Notes: generated from the letters alone by a model not told the origin. Shown: positions 19,984 through 30,183, counted from the first letter of the stretch. The stretch: DNA of 64,000 bases from an uncultured Candidatus Saccharibacteria bacterium (GCA_964350165.1 CAYGJA010000004.1:7638-71637); one strand, 5' to 3'. A program made the numbers and translations.

Positions 19984-19994
19984 CAATAGAAAAT

Positions 19995-20633
19995 ATGAAC
20001 AAACACACAAAAGCAAAGGAGATTAAAACATTGCACGCTAAGATGCATGATCTCGCCTCAATGACTCGCGGGATAGAAAAAAGCATTGCTATTTACTCCG
20101 GGTCTCTTTCTGAGTATCAAGTAAAATTTTATCAAGAGGAGCTTTCCTTTCTGCGAGGTCTTCTTGTCGCAAGCGGAGTGGCTGCGCCTTCAGCTTTAGC
20201 CCTTCTTACCTTAGGAGAAGGCTATGAAGTTGCTCCCCACATTTTACTCATTGGGTTTGTGATACTACTCATTAGTCTTATTAATTTTATAATTGCTATT
20301 GCCAAAATTCATCGACGCCTTCAGCTTTCTGTTTTTATCCTCGGAGCAAGAAGAGTCTTAGGATTTGAAGTCCTAGATGCTTTAGTTTCTGAAAAAAGCA
20401 TTAAAGAAGTCTGTGAGTCTGAAGATCTTGAAAAAATCAATTCATGGATTAAATCTGTAAAGCAATTAATAGATCAGTTAAGTAAAAAATTAACTCACTT
20501 GGAGGCAGAAGACTTTGCAAGTCCCTTCATAAATACACCAAGATATCACTTTTTTCTTATTGGTAATTTTATTCTAGGGATCCTCTTTGTGGCATTTTCA
20601 GTTTTGTGGCCAAAGCTCTCTACATTGATCTAG
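19995..20633 (+). CDS. Hypothetical membrane protein
   Basis: ATG at 19995 just after the tRNA; about 3 hydrophobic segments. Confidence 0.7.
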   Translation: MNKHTKAKEIKTLHAKMHDLASMTRGIEKSIAIYSGSLSEYQVKFYQEELSFLRGLLVASGVAAPSALALLTLGEGYEVAPHILLIGFVILLISLINFIIAIAKIHRRLQLSVFILGARRVLGFEVLDALVSEKSIKEVCESEDLEKINSWIKSVKQLIDQLSKKLTHLEAEDFASPFINTPRYHFFLIGNFILGILFVAFSVLWPKLSTLI

Positions 20634-20785
20634 CAGATTTACAGAAAACAACCTCCCTGCGTGTAATTCCCCAAACAAATATCTGTTATCTAGCAGGCTG
20701 CGGACGGGAGACGGTTTCTCTCCCTCGCTTTCTATAAAATCGTGCGTTTTTAGTCCAGAGCTTTAGAGAGTTAGTTTTTAGTTAG

Positions 20786-20929
20786 GTGCTGCAAGCAGCC
20801 CATGACCGCTGGGTCTACTTTGACGACCCAGAGGATCTGGAATACCAGGCCCACGAAGTCTACGAAAAAGAAATCAGGGGGTGGCTGATGCTGCCAGAAC
20901 CCTCCTTTTTTTGGAAAGAAATGAAATAA
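20786..20929 (+). CDS. Possible small ORF or gene remnant (47 aa)
   Basis: GTG...TAA gives VLQAAHDRWVYFDDPEDLEYQAHEVYEKEIRGWLMLPEPSFFWKEMK, followed by a hairpin. Confidence 0.35.
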   Translation: MLQAAHDRWVYFDDPEDLEYQAHEVYEKEIRGWLMLPEPSFFWKEMK

Positions 20930-20943
20930 TATGGCATCGTTTA

Positions 20944-20966
20944 GCCGCGCTTTTTTAAGGCGCGGC
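20944..20966. terminator. Hairpin between convergent ORFs
   Basis: GCCGCGC...GCGCGGC inverted repeat. Confidence 0.6.
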
Positions 20967-20973
20967 CATATTT

Positions 20974-21234
20974 TTAGATGATTATTCTCCCCTCTTCAAC
21001 GAGGCGGAATGCTTTTTCTCTGTCTTTTCTCTTGTTTGCCAAAAACTTTTTTGCTCTCCTTCTCCCTCGAACCGGTTGAACCTGGTTCATTGCCTCGATT
21101 GCTAAAGACAATTGAGTTTTTCCATTTCTGTAGGGTTCGTTGCAAAAAGCAATAAAAGCGCGCTGCCTGAGGTCTGACAGTGTCTCGAATTGGTCCTGGT
21201 CAGGAGCCAAGAGACGGATGAAAAAGATGTTCAT
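20974..21234 (-). CDS. Small basic hypothetical protein
   Basis: 86-aa ORF downstream of and co-oriented with uvrC. Confidence 0.6.
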   Translation of the reverse strand: MNIFFIRLLAPDQDQFETLSDLRQRAFIAFCNEPYRNGKTQLSLAIEAMNQVQPVRGRRRAKKFLANKRKDREKAFRLVEEGRIII

Positions 21235-21266
21235 TTTCTTTTGTGTTTGCGTATAGAATCTAGTCT

Positions 21267-22493
21267 TTATTCTAAACTTTTCTTCCCACGAAGCAATTGG
21301 TGATAACGAATCCCAAAACGATGTGCTTCGTGATTGGCCAGGAGAATATCATCATGGTGTTCTGCGACAATCTTTCTTTGGCCTAAGACTTCCTTGGGGC
21401 GATGCTTCTCGTCTTTTTTTACGCTCACCACTGGTATCTGATAACCATACTCACGCAAAGCTTCTTCGATTACCCTTTTCTGAGCCTGACCACCATCAGC
21501 CACCATGATATTGGGCAGGCGCCATTCGGGATGAGCGAGGCGACGTGTGATTAATTCGCGCAATGCGTGCGTATCACTCCCAAAACGCTCGCTAGCGATG
21601 CGGAATTTGCGATACTGAGCCTTGTCTACTTCTCCATCCGTAAGCACCGTCATGACACCCACAGTGCTGGTTCCGGCGATATGGGCAATATCATAGGCTT
21701 CGATTCTGATGACTTTTCCTTTTTTTTCTTGCAAATCGTCCTTGATCAAGGCCACGTCTCGAATATGTTGCAGGGCAAATAATTGATTGCGAATTTTGGC
21801 AGCTTCTTCAAAGCGCTCATCTTTTGCCAGCTGGTGCATTGTTTTTTCCATGTTCTTGAGAAGGCTTTTTTTCTCACCTTTTAGGAATTGCTTGAGATGC
21901 TGAATATTGCGACCATAGGCTTCCAGGGCGTCATCGGTAGTTACATCAGGAGACAAGCCAAGTAGTCGGTAGAAATATTCATTGGCGCTTTGTTTAGATT
22001 TTCTGTCTCGAAAAGGAAAAATTTTGCGCAAAATCCGCAAAGCCTCGCGCAAAGTCATTCCATTGGGGAACGGTCCAAAAATTTCATCAATCGGAATCGC
22101 GTCTACCATTTCGGGGCTTTTTTCAATTTCGCGTTGGCGCAAAGTAAAAACCCGAGGGAAGGATTCTTTGGTAATGACAATATAATTGTAGCTTTTATTG
22201 TCTTTTTCCCGTGTGTTGTATTCGGGTTGATGCTTTTTGATCAGTCGAGATTCGAGGATAAGGGCCTCTAGAACAGAGTCAGTTTCTTCGTATCGAACAT
22301 CATCTGCCAGTTCGAGCATTTTTACAATCTTGGGACCGCGAGCCTCCATGATGTCTTGCGAAAAATAACTACGCACACGATCACGAAGCGAAGTTGCTTT
22401 ACCAATATAGAGAATTTTTTCTCCCGCAAGAAAGAAATACACTCCTGGTGTATCGGGAAGTTTTTTTATTTTTTCTTGGAGGTCATTCATCAC
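21267..22493 (-). CDS. uvrC: Excinuclease ABC subunit C-like (short form)
   Basis: GIY-YIG (PGVYFF...YIGKATSLRDRVRSYF), UVR (FEEAAKIRNQ), RNase H-like (IEAYDIAH, ADGG); no C-terminal HhH. Confidence 0.88.
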   Translation of the reverse strand: MMNDLQEKIKKLPDTPGVYFFLAGEKILYIGKATSLRDRVRSYFSQDIMEARGPKIVKMLELADDVRYEETDSVLEALILESRLIKKHQPEYNTREKDNKSYNYIVITKESFPRVFTLRQREIEKSPEMVDAIPIDEIFGPFPNGMTLREALRILRKIFPFRDRKSKQSANEYFYRLLGLSPDVTTDDALEAYGRNIQHLKQFLKGEKKSLLKNMEKTMHQLAKDERFEEAAKIRNQLFALQHIRDVALIKDDLQEKKGKVIRIEAYDIAHIAGTSTVGVMTVLTDGEVDKAQYRKFRIASERFGSDTHALRELITRRLAHPEWRLPNIMVADGGQAQKRVIEEALREYGYQIPVVSVKKDEKHRPKEVLGQRKIVAEHHDDILLANHEAHRFGIRYHQLLRGKKSLE

Positions 22494-22517
22494 CCCAAAA
22501 GTATAACCTTTTGAGTT

Positions 22518-23606
22518 TTAAAGCAATTTGGCAACGTCAAATATCGTTACCGAAACCATTAGCAGAATAAGAATTCCAAAACCAGCCATGTTTACGATAC
22601 TGGCAACTTTGTGCGGAATGGGTCGTCTAATGATTCCTTCGATAAGAACAAATAGAATTTGCCCTCCATCCAGGGCTGGAAAAGGAATCAAATTGAGAAC
22701 AGCCAGGTTGATGGAGATAAGCGCTGTAAAGAACAGGAGATATGAGAACCCGTACGAAGCAGCGTCGCCAACCATACCGACAAGCCCCACTGGACCGGTT
22801 AAGGAGCTCACATCCGCCCTGCCACCCACAGCATCGGTAATCAGCCCCTGAAAGGCTTTCACTGTATCACGCACCATCTGTCGAGTGGTTGTGAGGCCTT
22901 GGCCAAGAGAAGCAAAGAATCCCAGCTCTCTATCGCCGACCGGCTCCACAGAAAGTCCGAGAAGTGGCCGTTCACTGCCAGAAGTAATTACGGGAACGAC
23001 GTCAGTCTCCAGAATTTCTCCAGATGCGTTTTTGAGAGAAAAAGAAAACACTCCCGACGAGTCAGATTGAACCAATGTAATGAGTTTTTCTGTAGAAGGA
23101 TTTTCAACGGCTTCTCCGTTAAAAGAAAGAGACAACACCTCGTCACCGACAGTCACCCCAGCCAGAGCACTTGCAGAATTAGGCTGAACGGCCAGAATGC
23201 GAGTGGCAATGTTGCTCAACTCGCTTTCATTTTGCGGAGTTACCACCTCGGGTGTCCCCATACCTAATGCTGCAGAGAGTAACAACCAGGCAAAAATAAG
23301 ATTGAACAGAATACCTCCTATCAGAATGCCCAGCTTGGCCCAGATTGGCTTGGCAAAATAAGCACGGTCTCGGTCTTCTGTCACTTCGCTAGGGTCATCC
23401 TGGCCATGGATACGAACATAGCCACCAAAAGGAATGAGATTGAGTTTGTAGGTGGTTTCTCCAATCTTCTTTTTGAATAGGGTTGGTTCAAAACCAATTG
23501 CAAAAGAATGAACCTTGGTGTTGGTCATTTTTGCAAAGAGGAAATGTCCCAGCTCATGAACAAACACCAGCACGCTGAGGACAATAATAAAGAGAATAAT
23601 ATTCAT
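22518..23606 (-). CDS. rseP: RIP metalloprotease RseP (M50) with PDZ
   Basis: HELGH, NLIPFGGYV, NLIPFPALDGG. Confidence 0.94.
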   Translation of the reverse strand: MNIILFIIVLSVLVFVHELGHFLFAKMTNTKVHSFAIGFEPTLFKKKIGETTYKLNLIPFGGYVRIHGQDDPSEVTEDRDRAYFAKPIWAKLGILIGGILFNLIFAWLLLSAALGMGTPEVVTPQNESELSNIATRILAVQPNSASALAGVTVGDEVLSLSFNGEAVENPSTEKLITLVQSDSSGVFSFSLKNASGEILETDVVPVITSGSERPLLGLSVEPVGDRELGFFASLGQGLTTTRQMVRDTVKAFQGLITDAVGGRADVSSLTGPVGLVGMVGDAASYGFSYLLFFTALISINLAVLNLIPFPALDGGQILFVLIEGIIRRPIPHKVASIVNMAGFGILILLMVSVTIFDVAKLL

Positions 23607-23608
23607 AA

Positions 23609-24145
23609 TTAAATAGTAGAAATTTCGGTTTCCTTGCGATCAAATACTTCTTGTAGTTCTTGGTTTCCCTTGTCGACAAGCTCCTGAATGTCCTCCTTGG
23701 CACTTCGAACTTCGTCTTCTGATAAACCAGCTGCGCCAAGCTCTTTGATTGCTTCTTCTCGAGCAGCTCTAATACGAACCCTCGCTTGTTCTAGTTTTTC
23801 CTTGAGTAGTTTTATTAAGGATTGTCTGGTTTCTTCGGTTAGGGCTGGTACGTGAACACGCAACCCCTGATCATCGGTAGACAGACTGACTGGCAAGCGA
23901 GCATCGGTGATGGCCTGCTCAATACTTTTTATCTGAGATTTGTCCCAAGGGCTAACACGCAATGTTCGAGCGTCTTCTATCATAGTAGAAGCAATAGCCT
24001 TGATTGGCTGACGAGCTCCGTATACTTCTATCTGAATACTGTCCAGCAGGGCCGGATTCGCACGACCGGTAGAAATTTGACCTAGCTCAGTCTGTAGCCA
24101 TACTTTTGCTTGTGTAATTTTTTCAATAATTTCTTTCGTTTCCAT
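23609..24145 (-). CDS. frr: Ribosome recycling factor
   Basis: TGRANPALLD, PWDKS, PALTEETR. Confidence 0.95.
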   Translation of the reverse strand: METKEIIEKITQAKVWLQTELGQISTGRANPALLDSIQIEVYGARQPIKAIASTMIEDARTLRVSPWDKSQIKSIEQAITDARLPVSLSTDDQGLRVHVPALTEETRQSLIKLLKEKLEQARVRIRAAREEAIKELGAAGLSEDEVRSAKEDIQELVDKGNQELQEVFDRKETEISTI

Positions 24146-24181
24146 AAATTAGATATTTCTTTAATTCTTTGTTCTTCTAGC

Positions 24182-24865
24182 CTACTTTGCCGGCAATGAT
24201 AACGCAAGGTATTCGAGAATATATTTGGGAGAAGCGCCTTGATTCTGAAGATAGTTTCGGAATTGAGCTAGGTCTTGGAACAATGGGGCCACAATCGCCA
24301 TGTTCTCTGCGTGCTTGTTATACAAAAATTGCTCCAAATGAACAATTCCCCGAAGAGTTTCTGCTCGCAATACGTTCGACGTCTGGTCTTTCTGGAATTG
24401 TTTAACTGTTTTTTCTACAAATTCCATTCGCTCCTTGATTGGCAACGATAGCCAAGCCACCAAATCGACAGCTCCAGCCGTCGCATCTTTAGCATTGTCT
24501 TGTCCGTGGACAATAGTTGAGCGAGAAATAATAGTCGGAAGTATTCCTTCCAGTGTTGGAAAACAGAGTATGATTTTGTGTCCAGCGGCTGGTTCTTCTA
24601 TTGTTTTGAGCAAAGCGTTCTGTGGTTCTATGCCGGCTGTAGTCGCACTGATAATCATTGCCCGAATCGGTGTTTCTGTGGGTAATTTTTGAGTCAATTC
24701 TTTACGCAATTCGCGCACATCATCAATCAGCAATCGTTCGTACGAATACCAAACATGATCAATGGTTTTGTTTTGCAAAAAATAACGTAAACCAGAGGTA
24801 TCGCCAACATAACAAATCGTCTGTGGCCATTCCGCAAAAGGTATCTCGAGTAGGGCATCAGTCAT
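24182..24865 (-). CDS. holB: DNA polymerase III delta-prime-like protein (reduced)
   Basis: IDDVREL, QNALLKTIEEP, LPTIISR; no Walker A or Zn module. Confidence 0.75.
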   Translation of the reverse strand: MTDALLEIPFAEWPQTICYVGDTSGLRYFLQNKTIDHVWYSYERLLIDDVRELRKELTQKLPTETPIRAMIISATTAGIEPQNALLKTIEEPAAGHKIILCFPTLEGILPTIISRSTIVHGQDNAKDATAGAVDLVAWLSLPIKERMEFVEKTVKQFQKDQTSNVLRAETLRGIVHLEQFLYNKHAENMAIVAPLFQDLAQFRNYLQNQGASPKYILEYLALSLPAK

Positions 24866-24868
24866 ATA

Positions 24869-25153
24869 CTAGAACAATATCACGACCAAGGCCCCCTCGC
24901 CGCCCTGATTCTGTTTGGCGTAGCGAAATTCATATCCATGAGCAAATAGCCATTCTTTTACTGCGCCCCTAATTGTCTTGGTGGGATCTTCAGAGTGAAG
25001 ACCTTTCCCGGTAATAATCCGCACGGAACGTAGACCTTTTTCTTCTGATACATCGAGAAAATCTTCGGTAATAGCCAAGGCTTCGGCAATGGTGTGTCCA
25101 TGCAGATCAATTTCTGCATTAATATTTTGTGGATACTTATTCCCAAAACCCAT
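24869..25153 (-). CDS. Smr domain protein
   Basis: IDLHG, IITGKGLHS, GGEGALVV. Confidence 0.92.
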   Translation of the reverse strand: MGFGNKYPQNINAEIDLHGHTIAEALAITEDFLDVSEEKGLRSVRIITGKGLHSEDPTKTIRGAVKEWLFAHGYEFRYAKQNQGGEGALVVILF

Positions 25154-25165
25154 ACAAATAAAAAA

Positions 25166-26182
25166 CTACTTTCGCTTGGTAATAATGGCTCTTTTGTAGG
25201 TATCCAGATGGTCGAGCATCAGTCCGGTTCCTCGCACAACACAATACAAGGGGTCTTCGGCCAGAGTGGCACGAACACCTGTTCGACGATAAATCAAATC
25301 AGCAAGATTCCGCAACTGCGCCGAGCCACCAGTAAGGGTAATACCATTGTCGATAATATCAGCCGCTAATTCTGGTGGTGTTTGTTGGAGCACATCTTTA
25401 ATTGCTTGGATAATTTGTCGCAGGTCGTCTTCGATAGCTTTGGCGATTTCGTTGCTCGTTATCTTTACCGCTCGTGGCAATCCGGTTACATAATCGCGTC
25501 CTTTTATCATGATTTTCATTTCATCTTCTATTTCAAGGGCACTGCCGATTTTCATTTTTACTTTTTCGGCGGTCTTATCACCGATGGCCAAATTAAATTT
25601 TCGCTTAATATAGTCAGCAATCGAGCGGTCGATTTGATTTCCCGCTACTTTTACAGATTTACTAGCGACAATTCCCCCTAGAGAAATTACCGCCACATCT
25701 GTGGTTCCGGCTCCAATGTCTACAATCATATGACCCTGTGGCTCATAGATAGGAACCCCGGCCCCAATAGCTGCCAGAATGGGTTCTTTAGATACATAAG
25801 CATTGCGTGCTCCCGCTTTGAGTGCTGCTTCGATGACAGCGCGACGCTCGGTAGACGTTACTCCAGCTGGTACCGAAATAAGCACATCGGGCTTAAAGAA
25901 AGACCACTTCCCTAGAGCTTTTTGAAAAAAATGCCGAAGCATGGCCTCGGTCACGCGGTAGTCAGCAATCACGCCATCGCGAAGCGGACGATAAGCAATA
26001 ATATCACCAGGAGTGCGTCCAATCATTTCTTTGGCATCGGTTCCAATGGCTAGAACCCTGTTTTCCTGTTCAGATATGGCTACCACCGAAGGTTCGTTCA
26101 GCACCACGCCTTGCCCTGGCACATACACCAAAGTATTTGCTGTTCCTAAATCAATTCCGAGTCGGCGCGTAATCAGTCTCAT
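25166..26182 (-). CDS. mreB: Rod shape-determining protein MreB/Mbl
   Basis: GIDLGTANT, EPSVVA, PLRDGVIAD, VDIGAGTTD, LTGGSA. Confidence 0.96.
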   Translation of the reverse strand: MRLITRRLGIDLGTANTLVYVPGQGVVLNEPSVVAISEQENRVLAIGTDAKEMIGRTPGDIIAYRPLRDGVIADYRVTEAMLRHFFQKALGKWSFFKPDVLISVPAGVTSTERRAVIEAALKAGARNAYVSKEPILAAIGAGVPIYEPQGHMIVDIGAGTTDVAVISLGGIVASKSVKVAGNQIDRSIADYIKRKFNLAIGDKTAEKVKMKIGSALEIEDEMKIMIKGRDYVTGLPRAVKITSNEIAKAIEDDLRQIIQAIKDVLQQTPPELAADIIDNGITLTGGSAQLRNLADLIYRRTGVRATLAEDPLYCVVRGTGLMLDHLDTYKRAIITKRK

Positions 26183-26253
26183 GGTTTTGTGCCGCTAGTA
26201 TAATACAAAAACCATTTGCAATGAATGAGTTCTTGTTTTGCTATAATCTCGGC

Positions 26254-27267
26254 ATGATTCTAGAGCACGTGAATCTCACCAACAAAAACACCCTCCACAC
26301 CCCCGCCCAAACCCGCTGGTTCATTTCGGTTGGGCCTGAGGGTTTTTCTTCTGAAGAACTAGAAATAATACGAAACCATCCAAGACTCTGCTTGGGTAGT
26401 GGTAGCAATACTTGTTTTGTTGGAGATTTTGAAGGAGTCATCATTTCTTCTTCCGATACAAGTATCCAAGTCAATGACAATTTAGTTACAGCTGGAGCCG
26501 GCTTGGATTGGGACGCCTTTGTGGCCGACACCCTTGATCGGGAATTATTTGGACTCGAAAATCTTTCTCTTATTCCGGGCACTGTTGGAGCTGCTCCTGT
26601 TCAAAATATTGGCGCCTACGGTGTAGAAGTTTCCGAAATGATACACCTTGTTCATGGAATAAATCTCCTCACCGGAAAATCAGAAACCCTCTCTCCTTTG
26701 GAATGTCAGTTTTCTTATCGCAACAGTATTTTTAAAACAAAACTACGCAATATTTTTTTGATTACGCAGGTAACGTTCACCCTCTCCTCAGAGCCGAACG
26801 TCAACACGAATTACACCGCACTCAACCAAGAATTGACCTTGCAAAAAATAAAAAATCCAACCCCACAACAAATTCGAGATACCGTTATTGCTGTTAGACA
26901 ATCAAAGCTCCCTGACTGGAAAACAGTCCCTAATGCTGGAAGTTTTTTCAAAAATCCAATTATTTCAGACGAGCAACTACAAGGGCTATTGCTGATGCAC
27001 CCAAGTATGCCTCATTGGGACAACCCTGACAGCAGTACAAAAATCCCAGCCGCCTGGCTTCTAGAAACCGCTGGCTGGAAAGGACGCTGGATTGGCAATG
27101 TTGGTTGCTATGAAAAACAACCCCTTGTTCTGGTGACCAACGGCCAAGCAACGGGCAACGAAATCGTTAACTTTGCTCATGATATTATTAATTCCATTAA
27201 AGAAGGCTTTGGAATTATTCTGGAGCCAGAGGTTAACATCATCAACCATGCAACCAAAATCACTTAG
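26254..27267 (+). CDS. murB: UDP-N-acetylmuramate dehydrogenase
   Basis: GSGSN, GLENLSLIPGTVGAAPVQNIGAYG, NAGSFFKNP, LEPEV; TATAAT 6 nt before ATG 26254. Confidence 0.95.
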   Translation: MILEHVNLTNKNTLHTPAQTRWFISVGPEGFSSEELEIIRNHPRLCLGSGSNTCFVGDFEGVIISSSDTSIQVNDNLVTAGAGLDWDAFVADTLDRELFGLENLSLIPGTVGAAPVQNIGAYGVEVSEMIHLVHGINLLTGKSETLSPLECQFSYRNSIFKTKLRNIFLITQVTFTLSSEPNVNTNYTALNQELTLQKIKNPTPQQIRDTVIAVRQSKLPDWKTVPNAGSFFKNPIISDEQLQGLLLMHPSMPHWDNPDSSTKIPAAWLLETAGWKGRWIGNVGCYEKQPLVLVTNGQATGNEIVNFAHDIINSIKEGFGIILEPEVNIINHATKIT

Positions 27268-28705
27268 CTATCTCCTAGACGAAGACCTCATTATTGACAT
27301 GCGCGGTGACGATAATCACGTTCACTCTTCGCTTTGTGATGACTCTCGCACGGTGGGCGTGGGAAGCGCCTTTGTGGCCACTCGGGGTACCGCGGTTGAT
27401 GGCCACAAATACATCGAACACGCCATCGATCGCGGTGCTACGGGTATTGTTTGCGAAGAATTTCCGGAGAAACTCCATGAACACATTACATATGTCTTAG
27501 TAAAAAACAGCCGCCACGCTCTAGGTATTGCCGCTGCCAGATTCTACGACGACCCTTCTCACGATATGAAAATTGTCGGCGTTACAGGAACCAACGGCAA
27601 AACAACCATTGCCACTTTGCTGTATCAGATCCTGAGCATGTCTGGCCATAAAACAGGCCTCATTTCAACAGTCGAAACTCGTATCGGCAACAAAGAAATT
27701 ACCCGTGGTGGTGCGGCCACTACTCCTGGTCCAATCATCCTCCAGAAAACGCTTTACGACATGCGTGCAGCCGGCTGTACCCATGTCTGCATGGAAGTCT
27801 CTTCTCATGCCATGGACCAACAACGAGTCGCAGGGATAGAATTCACTGGTGGAATTTTTAGCAATATTACTCATGATCATTTGGATTATCATGGCACCTT
27901 CGAAAACTACATCACTGCCAAACAATCCTTTTTCGATATGTTACCCGCCACGGCTTTTGCCATTGCGAACATCGACGACGAAAACGGTGCTTTTATCCTC
28001 CAGAACACCAAAGCCGCTACTTATTTTTATGGGCTTCATGCTAAATCTGATTTTGATTTAGATATTCATGATACTGATATTTCAGGCAGCAATATTAGTA
28101 TCAACGACCAGAATATTCACATCCCTCTGCCTGGTGCCTACAACGCCTATAATGCCGCAGCTGTATTTGGAGCAGCGGAGCTTTTGGATATTCCAATCGA
28201 CCGCATCGCCAAGCTACTCAGCAAAATAGTCCCCCCACCTGGTCGATTCGAGGTTTTACCTCATCGGCGTGGAATTTTTGGTGTTCTCGATTACGCTCAC
28301 ACTCCGGACGCTTTGGAGAACCTGCTCCAGACGGTTCGAGATTTAGCTGGTGAAAGAAAAATAATCACCGTAGTGGGTGCTGGTGGTGGTCGAGATGTTT
28401 CCAAGCGCTCTAGTATGGGCCGTATCGTAGCCGAAAAATCAGATATCTCCATCTTCACTTCGGACAACCCTCGCAACGAAGAACCCCTGGCAATTATCAA
28501 TGACTTGCGCTCGGGGCTGTATTTGGTTCCCGAGGCACAGGTGCTGGTAACCCCCGACCGAGATGAAGCCATTCGCCAAGCGGTAGAATTAGCAAAGCCT
28601 GGTGACATTGTGGTCCTAGCTGGCAAAGGCCACGAGCAATACCAAGAAGCCAAAGGTCAAAAAATCCCTTTTAGTGACAAAGAGATATTCTTGCGGGCTA
28701 AGTAA
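27248..28705 (+). CDS. murE: UDP-MurNAc-tripeptide synthetase (meso-DAP-type DNPR motif)
   Basis: GVTGTNGKTT, MEVSSH, HDHLDYH, DYAHTPD, SDNPR, AGKGHE. Confidence 0.95.
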   Translation: MQPKSLSYLLDEDLIIDMRGDDNHVHSSLCDDSRTVGVGSAFVATRGTAVDGHKYIEHAIDRGATGIVCEEFPEKLHEHITYVLVKNSRHALGIAAARFYDDPSHDMKIVGVTGTNGKTTIATLLYQILSMSGHKTGLISTVETRIGNKEITRGGAATTPGPIILQKTLYDMRAAGCTHVCMEVSSHAMDQQRVAGIEFTGGIFSNITHDHLDYHGTFENYITAKQSFFDMLPATAFAIANIDDENGAFILQNTKAATYFYGLHAKSDFDLDIHDTDISGSNISINDQNIHIPLPGAYNAYNAAAVFGAAELLDIPIDRIAKLLSKIVPPPGRFEVLPHRRGIFGVLDYAHTPDALENLLQTVRDLAGERKIITVVGAGGGRDVSKRSSMGRIVAEKSDISIFTSDNPRNEEPLAIINDLRSGLYLVPEAQVLVTPDRDEAIRQAVELAKPGDIVVLAGKGHEQYQEAKGQKIPFSDKEIFLRAK

Positions 28706-30140
28706 AAAATTCTGGAATTTTCTTGGTGAGGCCGCTCAAATCGCCAGAAGTAATTAGCAATATTGCGCTATTGTTCCGGTCAGAGGTCGTGATTGCCTCA
28801 AGGCAGGCCTCTGGCGATGTGTGGAACTGGAGGACCCCTGGCGCGTTCTCCCCTCCTCGAATTCGCCGCTCCATTTCTGCTGGGCTGGTTTGGCCAGATA
28901 CGTCTTTACCATGATCAACTGGCGGCATCAGAATATGGGCTTCGTCAGTATCAGCAAAAACATCATCATACCAATGTGCCATGGCTGGATCACGCCAGCT
29001 GAAAGTATGCGGTTCGAACACCGCTACTATTTTTTTATTAGGAAAATGCAATCGAATTGCGTCTATTCCCGCTCGAGCCTTGGCGTATGACGAGCCATAG
29101 GTTTCGTAGACGGGAGTAGTAACATCGGGACTGTTTGTCTGCTCTAGGCGTCTTTTTACTCCAGCAAAACTAGCCACCCCGACCTGAATTTGCTCCAAAG
29201 AAAGCTCTGAAATCTCGGACAAAAGCGCTACCACCCCTAGGATATTTTGTAAATTATGCCGCCCCAATAGGCTGGTCTGGAATTCGCCAAACAATTTGCC
29301 TTTTTTTAAAATTTCAAAATAAGTCTGTTGGCCGTATCGAACGTTGCTAATCGTATAATCAGCCGACGTCACGACGCCATACGTCGCTAAGATTTTTTTT
29401 GCAGGAACCATCTCGACCGTGTGAGGATTGTCAGCGCAGGCCACCACACCACCGCTGTCTGGAAGCAAATCAAATAAATCGCGGAAAGGCTGCAAATAGC
29501 TATCCAGAGTTGGAAAAACATTTACATGATCATGCTCCCCCGAAGTAAACAAAACATACCGAGGTCGATACCAGAGAAATTTGGAACGATCATCAAAATT
29601 AGACGAGGGATATTCGTCTCCTTCTAATACAAAATCCGAACCAGCGCCAAGCCTCGCATTGTGTTCCATATTTTTGGGAAAAGCTCCTACAAAATAACTA
29701 GGGTCCCGGCCTGCCGAAATCAAAATGTGTGCCAACAATGCACTACAGGTGGATTTGCCATAACTACCAGCCACCACCAAATTGTTGGTGTCAACCAAAA
29801 ACAGTGACAACATCTCTGGAAAAGACACGACTTGGGTTGGGCCAGCGTCACGCAGACGAAAAGCTTCAGCCACTTCGGAGTTAGTCTCTGGAACAAGCTT
29901 GGAATGCTTGCCAATAACGACCACATCGACCCCCTCTGGAATATTGGCTGAATCGTGCGCAGTAAAAAATTCTTGCCCGTTATTTTTTAGATAACTAGCA
30001 ACCGGATCAAAAAAACCAGCATCAGATCCGGTCACTTCCCAGCCGGCTTCTCGGAGCATAATAGCCAAGGCGCTCATGCCTTTGCCACAAATACCAATCA
30101 CATGCACCTTTTTTGCTTTCGAAATTCTAGAAATATCCAT
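28698..30140 (-). CDS. mpl: Mur ligase, Mpl-like (murein tripeptide ligase) or second MurC paralog
   Basis: GICGKGMSALA, GSYGKST, EGDEYPSSNFDDRSKFLWY (Mpl-like DKRSKF), VFEPHTFS. Confidence 0.7.
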   Translation of the reverse strand: MDISRISKAKKVHVIGICGKGMSALAIMLREAGWEVTGSDAGFFDPVASYLKNNGQEFFTAHDSANIPEGVDVVVIGKHSKLVPETNSEVAEAFRLRDAGPTQVVSFPEMLSLFLVDTNNLVVAGSYGKSTCSALLAHILISAGRDPSYFVGAFPKNMEHNARLGAGSDFVLEGDEYPSSNFDDRSKFLWYRPRYVLFTSGEHDHVNVFPTLDSYLQPFRDLFDLLPDSGGVVACADNPHTVEMVPAKKILATYGVVTSADYTISNVRYGQQTYFEILKKGKLFGEFQTSLLGRHNLQNILGVVALLSEISELSLEQIQVGVASFAGVKRRLEQTNSPDVTTPVYETYGSSYAKARAGIDAIRLHFPNKKIVAVFEPHTFSWRDPAMAHWYDDVFADTDEAHILMPPVDHGKDVSGQTSPAEMERRIRGGENAPGVLQFHTSPEACLEAITTSDRNNSAILLITSGDLSGLTKKIPEFFT

Positions 30141-30183
30141 ATGCTAACGTTTATAACACGTAACTAGTTAATTTATTTCATAC

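Noticed and set aside
19773-19994. ORF-track N-terminal extensions of alr and of the 19947 ORF
   Set aside because: They run through tRNA-Ala(GGC); downstream ATGs at 19772 and 19995 are more plausible. The same applies to ORFs over other tRNAs (15439-15755, 51651-51963, 58710-59138).
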